A DNA stretch of 64,000 bases. Origin: a virus. The stretch lies in the IMG/VR virus record IMGVR_UViG_3300042888_000931, positions 26,068 through 90,067 of that record; one strand, 5' to 3'. How positions within the stretch are numbered: position 1 is the first letter of the stretch; every line of letters starts with the position of its first letter. The notes beneath the pieces were generated by a model. It was not told the DNA's origin, did no database searches, and worked only from the letters and a program-made list of their open reading frames with translations. The translations under genes and the position numbers were made by a program. Below are positions 20,607-31,299 of this stretch, in pieces.

Positions 20607-23600
20607 TGTTTGAGGACAAAGACTTAAAAGCATTTTTAGAGACTGCTGATACTGTTAGAAATAAGTCAGCAGTTATCGCAGAAATAAATATGAATAGGGC
20701 AACCAATATTAAGCATATTGGAAACTACAGATACAGACCCACTCAACCAACATCCATATATTCTTCTTTGCCAACAAGTTTTGATATCAATGATGCTGGA
20801 AATTTTTATACAGGAGCAACTGATGCAGATGTTTTGATTGATGGAACATTTGAAAATGATAATACTCCAACTACATTTTTAACTAAAAAAGAAAAAACAC
20901 AAACCCTGTATTCTTTAGAAAGTTGCTTTGAAAGATTTAGACCAAGGTCTGGAATAAACAAGGCAGTTTATTTTGAAAATGGAAAACTTCACTATCCTAA
21001 TATGTTTATGGCAGATAGGCCTAGATACTATATGCCAGACAAAAAGGATAAGTTTAAATACTGGACATCCTACAGATCCGAAACTAGATACAAATACACA
21101 TACAATGATTCTTCTATTTCTTATGGGTTTAGTGAAAAATTTATTGACAAAGACAATACAGAGAAAAAGGGTGTGGCAGAAAATTCTGAGTATGGAATTT
21201 CTTCAAAGGTAAGTGGTGTTAGCAATGCAATAGAAGATGCTTGTCCTTTCGTGGTGTATAAAGATCAGATACCAACAAACAGAATTGTAGTAAAGATGCA
21301 AACTCATACTGGTACTGAAGACCTAGGACCATTCTCATCTTCAACAGGATCATTTACTGATCCATTTTATGGAGAGGTAAATCAAAAAGTTCCAAGCAGA
21401 TGGAAGATTCAATTCTTAAAAGATAATAACTGGCAAGATGTTATTTCTTTTGATCCATCAAAAAGAAGAAAAGATGGTTCTGCAATTATTAAAAGCGATG
21501 GCTATGTCGAGATTGCTTATGGGTTCATTGTCCCAGATGAATGGATAACTAGATTTGTTTTTGCAGAGGTATACTCAAGCGAGACACTCCTTCCTGAGCA
21601 GTCTGTAACTGGTTATGCATATCTTATTAAAGAAAATGAAAATGACATAGGCAAGTACTATATCTGGAACGAAACAGACTATGAAATCATAACTCCAAAA
21701 TATGGATGGTATGTACAGGATGAGACTGTTGACAGACTAACTAACTTTGTTACAGATGCTACATCTCCAGATAATTTTATAACACCTTTAAACAATAAAG
21801 TTCAGTATAGAGAGTTTGAGTATATTTCTGGAATTAGAATTGTTGTAGACACAATGACTTCAAAAGATTCGACATTCGATCTTATTGAAATGTCTCCAAG
21901 ACTTGTAATGAATCTTTCTGATAAGGTTATAAATTATTCAATTAACAAGAGTGCATCTGACCTAGGACTAAGCGGTTTGCCAGTTGGTCAACTAGTTGCA
22001 TCAAATGGAAGCGTAAGTATATTTGATCATGATCAAGCATTCAATGATAACAATCCAGCAAGCATCATAGCAAAATATGTAGATAGCCACGTACAGTTTA
22101 AGTTTTATGAAATTATCATAAACGTTAAAGGTTGGGACTACTGGGTTCCAATGAAGACGTTGTACTCAGATTCGTTTCCAAAAACAGATCTAGAAAATAA
22201 AAAAATCTCAATAACACTAAGAGATATGTATTGGTATTTAGAATCAATTACAGCACCAGAAATCCTAATGACAGAAGTGTCAGTTAGTTCTGCCGTATCT
22301 CTACTACTAGACAGTATTGGGTTTTCTAACTACACTTTTAGAAGAGTTTTAAATGAAAAGGAAATGATCATGCCATTCTTTTTTGTTGCTCCAGACAAAA
22401 GCGTTGCTCAAGTACTACAAGATTTAGCAGTATCAACACAAACAGCAATGTTCTTTGACGAATATAATAACTTTGTTATGATGAGCAAAGACTACATAAT
22501 GCCAACCAGGGAGCAGAGACCAACAACTTTTGCACTTAAAGGAACGAACGATCTATATGAAGACAACGAAATTAAGAACAAGACAACAGATGAATCTAAA
22601 CTGTCAAACATCATTTCAGTCTCAAATGAATCAAACGCTATTTACAACGGAGGATCGATAAACTATACTGTAAGACATATTCAGAGATCTATCGGAACTC
22701 TAAGACAAGCAAGTCTTTTAGAAGATGAAAGAATGTATGCTTATAAGCCAGCCCTGCTTTGGGAAGTATCTGGTACTGAAAATACAAAGTCAATCAACAA
22801 TGAAGTTGGAACACAGTCTTCATACGTCCTTGCTGCGATACCTTTAAACTCAAACCTGTCAGACAAGGTTCCAGAAGTAAAAAACGGTATCGTAATAAAT
22901 AATACCTTCAGCCTAGGAGAAGCAGTATACTGGATAACAAGATACAACGGATACTTCTACTCTAGTGGAGAGGTAATTAAATATGACGCAGTTCAATATA
23001 ATGTTACTGGGTTTGGCAATGTTTGGATCTCGTCCGTTGAAGAGTACCAGAATTATTTCTCTAAGTTGCCATTTAATGGAAAGATCTATCCTACTGGTCT
23101 TGTAAGAATTTACTCTGTGCCTAATTACTTTGAGCAAGAGGGAGTTATCAAACTTAAGAATGGCCCAGTAGCAAAGCATGGTCGTGGTCAGTTTGGAACA
23201 ACAGTTGTAGAACATTCTGCTGGAATATCTGATTACTGGAAATCTGATGACAACGTAAAGGGGTGCTCTATGGCCTCAGAATATTTGTTTGAAACAAAAA
23301 CTGATTCTCCAGTAACCACTGTTGCATCAGCAGGAAAGACATTAATCACTGGCATTTCATCAGATGCCCTAGCAAGAACTTCAACAAGAACAGGACTTAT
23401 CAAAAATTTCTTATCAACTTCTTTAACAGGAGAAATAACCACAAAGACTCAACAAGTTCCTGGCTCTGTGCAGTCATCAGCATTCTCTTTGACTGGTCCA
23501 AATTTTACAACAAAAGATAAGCCAAGAGATTTTATATCTTATGTTCACAAGCCTCTAACAGATAAAAAATACAAGCACTTTGGTACAAGAGTTAGACTAA

Positions 23601-24994
23601 TTGGTAAAATAGAAAACAATCAAGACAGAGGTCAAACTGCCAATGGCGCAGCAGCATACTATGTTGTAAATGGATCTACACCAGACAAGAATGTTACAAT
23701 CTCTGGAGGTTCTGCTGGAATAGCAGTAATGCTAAATCCAACCACAAATGTAGGGTATTACTTTGAAATTGCAGCACTTGGTTTGAACAAGTTGTCAGAA
23801 AGAGAAAAGCAAAATGTTCAAAATGTTTTATTCTATAAGGTTAAATCTGATGCTGGTAAAGCAATTCCAGTCCCCCTATACAAGGGTCTGGCTAAAATTA
23901 TTGTAGATGATGGTAGGTTCACTGGACAGTCAAGACTGTTTGCTGAAGAAAATCCGACGGTATATGATTTAGCAGTTGAGTATGAGAACATAGGAAAGAT
24001 AAGAAGATTCTACCTATACATAAACGGAACCATGGTAAAGACAGTGGATGATCCAGATCCGCTACCAGAGTACTCTGATATTGCCCTATTTACTAGAGGT
24101 TCCTCAAGAGCAATGTTTGAGAATGTCTATGCCTTGTCCAACAACTACTCTCAAAATACATCATTCTCTTTGGGCACAATCGCTAACTCTGTTTTTGCAG
24201 ACTCTGATATTGATGCAAGCAATTCTTTTAGAAAGTATGCCTTAAGTGGTCTTATCCAAAATACCTACCTTACTGGAATTGGATCTTCAGAGCCACCAAA
24301 ATACAATATTTATTTTGAAGAATTTGGAAGCATAATGCGAGAAGTAGCAGAATTTAGTTTTAGATATGACAAGGCCTTCCCAGCCCTTACTGCAAAAATT
24401 TCTCCTACCTTTAATAATATAAAAGGTTTTGTTATCTCTGGCTTCAGGGCAGGATCCTACGGAGCAGAGTTCTTGGTGTTTAATGCAACAGACACTGCCC
24501 TCAACCTAGATGAGACTAGTGGAAACTATTTAAGAATTCAGGGAATTACTTTTACTCAGCAGTCAAACAATACTTTGACAGTTGATCAATATTTTACAAA
24601 GAATAGTCTTATGTCAGATCCAAAGTTTGTTGCAGATAAGTTAATTTCAAATCCGTTCAAGTTTAAACTAGACTATGAAGATATCAAGTTTAGCAGAATG
24701 CAACACGGCAAAAAAGATTTTTCTTTAGACGCAGCCTATATTCAGTCACAAGATGAAGCATCAGAGTTGATGAAGTGGATTGTTACAAAAATATCAAAAC
24801 CAAGAAAGTCTTTAGGAGTTAAGATATTCTCTATCCCAACTATTCAACTTGGAGATATAGTAACTTTAGACTATAAAGAAAATGGAATAGACATTGCAGC
24901 AAATTCATCTAACCGATTTGTTGTATACAACATTGACTTTTCAAGAACTTCCAACGGCCCAGAAATGCAATTGTTCTTAAGTGAGGTGATCTAA
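20606..24994 (+). CDS. large tail-tip/baseplate hub protein
   Basis: 1462 aa; MFFDEYNNFV and terminal P.IQLGDIV motifs of hub/Tal-like proteins. Confidence 0.7.
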   Translation: MFEDKDLKAFLETADTVRNKSAVIAEINMNRATNIKHIGNYRYRPTQPTSIYSSLPTSFDINDAGNFYTGATDADVLIDGTFENDNTPTTFLTKKEKTQTLYSLESCFERFRPRSGINKAVYFENGKLHYPNMFMADRPRYYMPDKKDKFKYWTSYRSETRYKYTYNDSSISYGFSEKFIDKDNTEKKGVAENSEYGISSKVSGVSNAIEDACPFVVYKDQIPTNRIVVKMQTHTGTEDLGPFSSSTGSFTDPFYGEVNQKVPSRWKIQFLKDNNWQDVISFDPSKRRKDGSAIIKSDGYVEIAYGFIVPDEWITRFVFAEVYSSETLLPEQSVTGYAYLIKENENDIGKYYIWNETDYEIITPKYGWYVQDETVDRLTNFVTDATSPDNFITPLNNKVQYREFEYISGIRIVVDTMTSKDSTFDLIEMSPRLVMNLSDKVINYSINKSASDLGLSGLPVGQLVASNGSVSIFDHDQAFNDNNPASIIAKYVDSHVQFKFYEIIINVKGWDYWVPMKTLYSDSFPKTDLENKKISITLRDMYWYLESITAPEILMTEVSVSSAVSLLLDSIGFSNYTFRRVLNEKEMIMPFFFVAPDKSVAQVLQDLAVSTQTAMFFDEYNNFVMMSKDYIMPTREQRPTTFALKGTNDLYEDNEIKNKTTDESKLSNIISVSNESNAIYNGGSINYTVRHIQRSIGTLRQASLLEDERMYAYKPALLWEVSGTENTKSINNEVGTQSSYVLAAIPLNSNLSDKVPEVKNGIVINNTFSLGEAVYWITRYNGYFYSSGEVIKYDAVQYNVTGFGNVWISSVEEYQNYFSKLPFNGKIYPTGLVRIYSVPNYFEQEGVIKLKNGPVAKHGRGQFGTTVVEHSAGISDYWKSDDNVKGCSMASEYLFETKTDSPVTTVASAGKTLITGISSDALARTSTRTGLIKNFLSTSLTGEITTKTQQVPGSVQSSAFSLTGPNFTTKDKPRDFISYVHKPLTDKKYKHFGTRVRLIGKIENNQDRGQTANGAAAYYVVNGSTPDKNVTISGGSAGIAVMLNPTTNVGYYFEIAALGLNKLSEREKQNVQNVLFYKVKSDAGKAIPVPLYKGLAKIIVDDGRFTGQSRLFAEENPTVYDLAVEYENIGKIRRFYLYINGTMVKTVDDPDPLPEYSDIALFTRGSSRAMFENVYALSNNYSQNTSFSLGTIANSVFADSDIDASNSFRKYALSGLIQNTYLTGIGSSEPPKYNIYFEEFGSIMREVAEFSFRYDKAFPALTAKISPTFNNIKGFVISGFRAGSYGAEFLVFNATDTALNLDETSGNYLRIQGITFTQQSNNTLTVDQYFTKNSLMSDPKFVADKLISNPFKFKLDYEDIKFSRMQHGKKDFSLDAAYIQSQDEASELMKWIVTKISKPRKSLGVKIFSIPTIQLGDIVTLDYKENGIDIAANSSNRFVVYNIDFSRTSNGPEMQLFLSEVI

Positions 24995-25530
24995 TGGCAG
25001 ATACAAGCATGCCAGCAACAGCAGGGATTCCATCCCCAGCCAAGACAAGCACATCTGATTCTGTAAAAATTGCAACACCTGATCTTCTTATATTTGGAGA
25101 GCAGGCTGTTGCTATTGAAATAATGACAGACCTTATCTTTGAAGATATAGGTGGGTTTGAACTTGCAACGATATCTAGACACGATTTGGTAAATGGTCAG
25201 ACAGTAATCTATGCACCAATTAAAAACTTAACAGATCTTTATCTGCAGTATAATCCAAATAACGTATTAAGGCTTCAGTCTGCAGACTCATTCTTTAATT
25301 CCTTGGCTATAACGCTTGCTAATTACCTTCCAAAGTATGGCAATGGATATGACTTGGTTGGAACCAACCCAGACTTAACAAAAAGAGTAAAGGTCTATAA
25401 TGGCAAAGCAATATACATCGATCCAATAAGCGGAGACCTTGTAATTAATCTAATAAACATAAAAGAAAATGAGCAGGTAGAGGTTGAAATCTTAACTGCT
25501 GGAGGTACTTTTGATGATACAATGTACTAA
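24994..25530 (+). CDS. putative tail protein
   Basis: Coupled to the hub gene. Confidence 0.5.
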   Translation: MADTSMPATAGIPSPAKTSTSDSVKIATPDLLIFGEQAVAIEIMTDLIFEDIGGFELATISRHDLVNGQTVIYAPIKNLTDLYLQYNPNNVLRLQSADSFFNSLAITLANYLPKYGNGYDLVGTNPDLTKRVKVYNGKAIYIDPISGDLVINLINIKENEQVEVEILTAGGTFDDTMY

Positions 25531-25541
25531 GGGAGCAATCA

Positions 25542-26705
25542 ATGATAACTAATGTAGGCAAAAATATCTTAGCAAAGTACCTTGTTGGACAGACAACATC
25601 TTATGCATCTCACATCGCTATAGGGTGTGGAACAAATCCAGTGGCATCTGACTACACATTTAGTCCTGCCGAGTTACTGGCAATGAAAAATAGAGAATCC
25701 CTAGAGTTTGAAATGATCCGCATGCCTATTGTTTCTAGAGGCTTTGTTGATGAGGACGGAATATCAAAGGTTGTTCTAACTGCAGAACTTCCAACTCAAG
25801 AAAGATATGAAATTACAGAGGTAGGTATATTTTCTGCAGCATCAAACCCAGTAGCAGGAGCATTCGATAGCAGAGTTGTTTATTCTTTTTCAGACACCGA
25901 CAACTGGCGATACAGTATTGATGGAGAATCTCCTACTAATATTTTTGTACAAAATGCTCCGCTAGATGGAGAAACAAATACTGGAAATATTATTCAGACA
26001 CCAAAAGTTTTTGCAACAAATGCAGACAATAGAATTTTTACAGACGAAGACAGAGTTGCCAGAAATGAAAGATGTAGATTTTTAAATAACATTATTGCAA
26101 TGAGAGGCGACACATCGAGCCTTGGCTATAACCCACAAGGAAGCATGGTTCCTCTAACTGGTTCAGACTACATTATATTAGATCCTACATCTATAGATTT
26201 TACAAAGAATAGCCCATTAGATGAACTTCGTCTTGCATTTTCTATTGCTAACAAGACTGCAAACTCTCTAACTGTTCCAGACAACGTTAAAATACTTTTA
26301 GAGTTTTCTCACCCTGGAGCAAACTCAAGCATACAGTATGCAAAGTTTCAAGTAGACATTGATGATACAGGATACGACAATGGGACGTCTGTAAACTCTC
26401 ATGATTTTGAAAACAATAGATACGTCGTAGTAAACAAAACTTTTCAAGAGTTAGACAAGAGTTTGAGATTTAGTTGGTCAGAAGTTAAAACAGCAAAGAT
26501 TTATGCCACTATTACTAAAAACAATCTTCCATCTGATTCCTATTATGTTTGTCTGGATGCTCTGAGGGTTGAAAATAATACAGCAACAAACTCTCTCTAT
26601 GGAATGACTGGGTACTCTGTAATTAAAAATGTACAGTCTAGACCAATTATTAAATCAGCAAACACAACAAACTATATTGAGTTTAGATTTGCATTGGATG
26701 TTTAA
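25542..26705 (+). CDS. putative baseplate/tail-fibre attachment protein
   Basis: MITNVGKNILAKYL, HIAIGCG and ITEVGIF motifs. Confidence 0.55.
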   Translation: MITNVGKNILAKYLVGQTTSYASHIAIGCGTNPVASDYTFSPAELLAMKNRESLEFEMIRMPIVSRGFVDEDGISKVVLTAELPTQERYEITEVGIFSAASNPVAGAFDSRVVYSFSDTDNWRYSIDGESPTNIFVQNAPLDGETNTGNIIQTPKVFATNADNRIFTDEDRVARNERCRFLNNIIAMRGDTSSLGYNPQGSMVPLTGSDYIILDPTSIDFTKNSPLDELRLAFSIANKTANSLTVPDNVKILLEFSHPGANSSIQYAKFQVDIDDTGYDNGTSVNSHDFENNRYVVVNKTFQELDKSLRFSWSEVKTAKIYATITKNNLPSDSYYVCLDALRVENNTATNSLYGMTGYSVIKNVQSRPIIKSANTTNYIEFRFALDV

Positions 26706-26707
26706 CA

Positions 26708-27145
26708 ATGGCAATTACACCAGACCCTGGAATTAAAAATATTATTATTAAAAAGCAATCACTAGGAAAAGTGACAGAAAATAATAAAACTGTTTTAAGA
26801 TTTAGAATAGTTGCAGAAGATAAGAACAGAAAGTCTGCCTATTCTCCAATAGTTTTTACTCAATCAGAGCAGGTTGAGGATGGAACTGGAGACCTAAGAC
26901 AACTAGGAAACACTCTGATTCTCAGTTGGGATCCTGGCAACACTTCTACACAATTGCTATATGATGTTTTTGTTGGGTTTGACTCTGCTGAACCAACATA
27001 TAAAGCAACAACTGGATCTACAAGTTATTCATTTTTAAAAACTGGAACAACCTCCGTTCGTGCTATTGTTCAGGTATCTTCAATTAACCCAAAGATAAAT
27101 GTAGGGCTACAGATTTACGATTCTGGAACTGAGAGTCTGGTATAA
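26708..27145 (+). CDS. putative tail protein, FN3-like beta fold
   Basis: LILSWDP...YDVFV pattern. Confidence 0.45.
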   Translation: MAITPDPGIKNIIIKKQSLGKVTENNKTVLRFRIVAEDKNRKSAYSPIVFTQSEQVEDGTGDLRQLGNTLILSWDPGNTSTQLLYDVFVGFDSAEPTYKATTGSTSYSFLKTGTTSVRAIVQVSSINPKINVGLQIYDSGTESLV

Positions 27146-27152
27146 TTATATT

Positions 27153-27599
27153 ATGGCAATTTTACCTGTACCAGAACGAGGACAGCCCTTAGATGTAACC
27201 TACATTTATCAGATTGTTAAGGCTGTTAATGATTTGTCAACTCAGGCTTCTACATCTATAAATAAGTATGTAACAGTAGACACTCCCAATGCAGGCAAGC
27301 AGAGTGTCAAGACTTCAGAGGCAAGAGTTATCGGTGGTTATGTTAGAGTTACAAATGGTGAAACCCAGACTGCTGGGTCAGCACTTCCATTTTCCTATTC
27401 TTTTCCAACTGAATTTAAGTTTACTCCAATCGTAACAGCAACCCCAGTGAACAATGCAATTGCCTCTACTGCAGGAAATGATGTTGTTGTCACCCTTTCT
27501 AGCGTAACTACCTCAAGCATAGAAGGATCAGTCAAGTTTAATGTTGGTGGAGTTTCAAGTGTTGGCGTTAACCTTATTGCAATAGGTATACCCAACTGA
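27153..27599 (+). CDS. putative tail-fibre-associated protein
   Basis: F...F..TP.VTAT and C-terminal LIAIG pattern; leaderless promoter at 27141. Confidence 0.5.
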   Translation: MAILPVPERGQPLDVTYIYQIVKAVNDLSTQASTSINKYVTVDTPNAGKQSVKTSEARVIGGYVRVTNGETQTAGSALPFSYSFPTEFKFTPIVTATPVNNAIASTAGNDVVVTLSSVTTSSIEGSVKFNVGGVSSVGVNLIAIGIPN

Positions 27600-27790
27600 T
27601 GATTTTTTGTAAAAAATGTAAAGGTAGAATGTTTATAGACAGACAGTATACCGAAATAAACAATTTAGAAATGTACTGTATGTCTTGTGGAGCACGAGCA
27701 TTCTTTCATCCACCAAGCAATTCTCAGGAGGGCCGATGGCTATTAAAAAGGGAACAATTGAGAGCGAAGGCTACAATGTCCTCCCTGTAA
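27599..27790 (+). CDS. small zinc-ribbon protein
   Basis: CKKC...CMSC. Confidence 0.65.
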   Translation: MIFCKKCKGRMFIDRQYTEINNLEMYCMSCGARAFFHPPSNSQEGRWLLKREQLRAKATMSSL

Positions 27791-28278
27791 TTCAAGGGAA
27801 TAAAAAAGTCTGGTTCTTAAATGGAGACTTAGTAAGAGTCCATCACCTCAACAAGTCTAATGGGATTATGTCTGTTTACAATATCACAAAAGATCAGATT
27901 GAAAGTTGTTTAATTAGTGATTTTAAAAATAAAAGAGAACGGGCATACACTGTAGGGCAGACTGCTGATTTAGTTAATCGTCATAAAAAATATATGCCAT
28001 CACTAATGAAACGAAGAGTCATTCCTTTTCCAACGGGATCTCAAAAGGGTGGAGCAAGAGGATTTCAAGTAAGATCGTATTACTCAGAATCGCAAGTCAG
28101 AGAGATACGTGATATACTTGCTTCATACCATATTGGTAGACCAAGAAAAGATAAATTAATAACTAATGATATTACGCCCAGCAAGCAAGAGTTGACACGC
28201 AGGATGGGCGATGGTATACTTACATATACGAGAACAGAAGATGGACGGTTTGTTCCCATTTGGGGCGAATCTATTTAA
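27736..28278 (+). CDS. putative DNA-binding protein (MerR/excisionase-like HTH)
   Basis: GGAGG SD before ATG 27736; YTVGQTADLVNRH...RSYYSESQV. Confidence 0.6.
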   Translation: MAIKKGTIESEGYNVLPVIQGNKKVWFLNGDLVRVHHLNKSNGIMSVYNITKDQIESCLISDFKNKRERAYTVGQTADLVNRHKKYMPSLMKRRVIPFPTGSQKGGARGFQVRSYYSESQVREIRDILASYHIGRPRKDKLITNDITPSKQELTRRMGDGILTYTRTEDGRFVPIWGESI

Positions 28279-28291
28279 CGAAGGGTATAAA

Positions 28292-28525
28292 ATGCAAAAC
28301 GATTCAGGATATGTAGTAACAAATGAACCAACAAAAGTATCCGTTACACTGGGATACACACTTAATCTAGGAAATTTTCAATCACTAAGACTTGACCTTG
28401 GTGTTGTAGACTCAAAGCGTGATGGAGAGAATACAGATCAGGCTTTTGAGCGTGTGTACAAGTTTGTTGAAGACAAACTAACTGCCAAGATTTTAGAAGC
28501 ACAATCCGAGGCTGAAGAAAAGTAA
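28292..28525 (+). CDS. hypothetical phage protein
   Basis: GYTLNLGNFQSLRLD motif; start re-called from 28211. Confidence 0.6.
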   Translation: MQNDSGYVVTNEPTKVSVTLGYTLNLGNFQSLRLDLGVVDSKRDGENTDQAFERVYKFVEDKLTAKILEAQSEAEEK

Positions 28526-28833
28526 TGGCTGAACGCAAAGACCGTATGGCTTTGCTTTCAAGATACAGCAAGTATCATACCGCAAGGTACGAATCAAAGC
28601 CATCTCTAAACCTGAATGTAGAACAGTGGGCATCTGATGCTCTTATTGAATCCTACACACTGCCAGGATGCTACGATATACTTGAGTACTACTTTGCTGT
28701 TTCAGAAACCCCATCGTGGAATTACTTTGCATACAATGCAGAGAAAATATTACAGGCAAAAAAGGATAGACTAAAAGATAGTCAAGAAAGAGCAGAGCGT
28801 AGACGAATGGCAAAGGAGTGGCTAAGTGAATAA
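28525..28833 (+). CDS. hypothetical protein upstream of helicase
   Basis: Coupled ORF, 102 aa. Confidence 0.6.
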   Translation: MAERKDRMALLSRYSKYHTARYESKPSLNLNVEQWASDALIESYTLPGCYDILEYYFAVSETPSWNYFAYNAEKILQAKKDRLKDSQERAERRRMAKEWLSE

Positions 28834-30046
28834 TACAGAGTCAAAACTAATTACTGCTGTTCTTCAGGATAAGCAGATCCATGTTCTGCTACAGGCAAAC
28901 GTAGATACATTACTTAGAACTCACGGAGATATTTGGAATTTTGTAAGACTTTATTTTGAGAATAACTCGTCTCTTCCTCCAGTAGATTTGGTAAGAGAAA
29001 AGTTTCGTGACTTTGATCCAGTTCCAGGTGTTGGTGCTACCAAGCATCACCTTGAAGAGTTGCAAGGAGAATACTTAAGGGATAGTCTAAAAGATATCTT
29101 AAGGTCTGCTGCAACTGATGTTCAGCAAGGCGAGGGTGGTAAAGCCCTAGAAGGACTTATTACAAAAACCTCAGAACTAAAAAAGAATACTGCTGCTATT
29201 CGTGATATTGATGTAACAGATCTAGAGTCTGCGATTGCTTACTTTGAAAATGTAAAGAAGCAACAAGCCCTAGGTCATATTGGCATCAAGACTGGCTTGC
29301 CAGGATTTGATAACTATCTGCCATCTGGAATTATGCCAGGGCAGTTAGGAGTCTTCTTGGCATACCCAGGTATAGGAAAGTCCTGGTTAGCCCTGTACTT
29401 CGCTGTACAGGCCTGGAAACAGGGTAAGACACCCCTTGTAATCTCTCTTGAGATGTCTGAGACAGAAGTCAGAAACCGTGTCTTTACCATTATGGGAGAA
29501 GGTCGTTGGTCTCACAGAAAGATTAGTAATGGCGAGATTGAGATTGATATGCTAAAGGAATGGCATGCAAAGAATCTTCAAGGCAAGCCAGAGTTTCACA
29601 TTATCTCAAACGATCAGGGTGGAGAAATTAACCCTTCTGTTCTTCGTGGAAAGATTGACCAGTACAAGCCAGACTTTGTAATCGTTGACTACCTTCAGTT
29701 GATGGCTCCTAATCAGAAGTCAGATAATGAAACGGTACGAATGAAGAACCTTTCACGAGAACTTAAACTAATGGCTATTGGTGAAGAGGTTCCTATTATT
29801 GCTATCTCATCTGCTACACCAGATGACGTTAATGACCTATCTACCGTCCCTACCCTGGGCCAAACGGCATGGTCTAGACAGATTGCCTACGATGCTGACT
29901 GGGTCCTTGCCCTAGGCCGTGGGACTAATAGTGACATCATTGAGTGTGCCTTTAGGAAGAATCGTAATGGTTTTATGGGAGACTTCTTAGTCCAGTGCGA
30001 CTTTGACAAGGGATACTACAGGTATAAAGACTTTGAAGATAAGTAG
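28826..30046 (+). CDS. dnaB: DnaB-like replicative helicase
   Basis: Walker A AYPGIGKS, SLEMS, IVDYLQLM, IAYDAD and KNRNG motifs. Confidence 0.93.
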   Translation: MNNTESKLITAVLQDKQIHVLLQANVDTLLRTHGDIWNFVRLYFENNSSLPPVDLVREKFRDFDPVPGVGATKHHLEELQGEYLRDSLKDILRSAATDVQQGEGGKALEGLITKTSELKKNTAAIRDIDVTDLESAIAYFENVKKQQALGHIGIKTGLPGFDNYLPSGIMPGQLGVFLAYPGIGKSWLALYFAVQAWKQGKTPLVISLEMSETEVRNRVFTIMGEGRWSHRKISNGEIEIDMLKEWHAKNLQGKPEFHIISNDQGGEINPSVLRGKIDQYKPDFVIVDYLQLMAPNQKSDNETVRMKNLSRELKLMAIGEEVPIIAISSATPDDVNDLSTVPTLGQTAWSRQIAYDADWVLALGRGTNSDIIECAFRKNRNGFMGDFLVQCDFDKGYYRYKDFEDK

Positions 30047-30058
30047 GTATAATATGGT

Positions 30059-30430
30059 ATGTCAAAAACCAAGGAGAACATACCTCCAGATTTCTATCAC
30101 CACAAGCCACTTAAAAAGTTTTACATAAGTGGGATAATCCAAGATGAGGCCTTGCTTGGAAGATTAAAGATAGAGTACGTAAGACTATTAGTTTCAGAAA
30201 TGAGGTTGAGTGGGTATGTTCCAAGAATTGACCTTGACCCAGACTTCACCTTACTGTATAATGATAGTAAAGACTTTTTTGAATTTGAATTATCTGTACA
30301 CGGAGTTTACGCAGGGAAAAGGAAGAGCGAATGCATAGCAGGGGTAGACGGGACCAATCCAGTCCTTATACAGCCGAGCAAGTCAAGCGAGTCATCACTG
30401 GATCAGGCACAACAATCGAGTCAGAACTAG
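30059..30430 (+). CDS. hypothetical protein
   Basis: TATAAT 30048-53 then ATG; overlaps the primase 5' end. Confidence 0.6.
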   Translation: MSKTKENIPPDFYHHKPLKKFYISGIIQDEALLGRLKIEYVRLLVSEMRLSGYVPRIDLDPDFTLLYNDSKDFFEFELSVHGVYAGKRKSECIAGVDGTNPVLIQPSKSSESSLDQAQQSSQN

Positions 30431-31275
30431 ATGCTGACTTTATAATCTTTTGTCCATTTCACAACAATCATAGAACTCCAGCAGGAGAAGTGCACAAGAC
30501 CAACGGAATGTTCTTTTGTTTTTCATGTCAGAAGTCTGCAGATCTAATAGAGTTAGTAATGCACACATCTAACAGGACATATTTTGAAGCAGCAAGATTC
30601 ATAAAGAGCAAAGAAAAAGAAAGTAATCTTGCAGTCGAGATTGACCGTGCCTTAGTAAAAGAAGAACAGTACAAGCCATTTGATGAATTGATTATCAAAA
30701 GACTTCACAATAATCTTATTTCATCTGACAGGGCCAAGAGTTATTTTCAATATCGAAAACTAACTAAGCACTCTTGCGAGAAGTTTGTTTTAGGATATTC
30801 TGAAAAGCAGGATATGGTTACTGTACCAGTGCACAGTCCAGACGGAGTTCCTATTGGATTTGTTGGAAGGTCTATTGAGGGCAAAGACTTTAAGAATACT
30901 CCAGGGCTTCCTAAAAGCAAAACTCTTTTTAACTTGCATCGTGTCAAGAAATCTGATATAGTATATGTTGTAGAGTCTTCATTTGATGTGATCAGGCTTG
31001 ACCAATTAGGAATTCCTGCAGTCGCAACACTAGGTGCAAACGTTTCAGGAAAACAAATAGAATTGCTTCAAAAGTATTTCAATAACATTCTTGTTATTGC
31101 AGATAATGATGAGGCAGGAGGAAACATGAAAGACAGGATAATTGAAAAACTTGGATCTCGTGTATCTGTTGTACAACTAAATACAAAATATAAAGACATA
31201 GGCGATATGCCAGATGAAGAAATTAAAGACTTAAGTTCTTCGTTTGACAAAACCATAGAGTCTATGCTAAACTAA
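30331..31275 (+). CDS. DNA primase (CHC2 zinc finger + TOPRIM)
   Basis: CPFH...CFSC; VVESSFD; ADNDEAG. Confidence 0.92.
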   Translation: MHSRGRRDQSSPYTAEQVKRVITGSGTTIESELDADFIIFCPFHNNHRTPAGEVHKTNGMFFCFSCQKSADLIELVMHTSNRTYFEAARFIKSKEKESNLAVEIDRALVKEEQYKPFDELIIKRLHNNLISSDRAKSYFQYRKLTKHSCEKFVLGYSEKQDMVTVPVHSPDGVPIGFVGRSIEGKDFKNTPGLPKSKTLFNLHRVKKSDIVYVVESSFDVIRLDQLGIPAVATLGANVSGKQIELLQKYFNNILVIADNDEAGGNMKDRIIEKLGSRVSVVQLNTKYKDIGDMPDEEIKDLSSSFDKTIESMLN

Positions 31276-31299
31276 TACAAACACACAAAGGAGAAAAAT

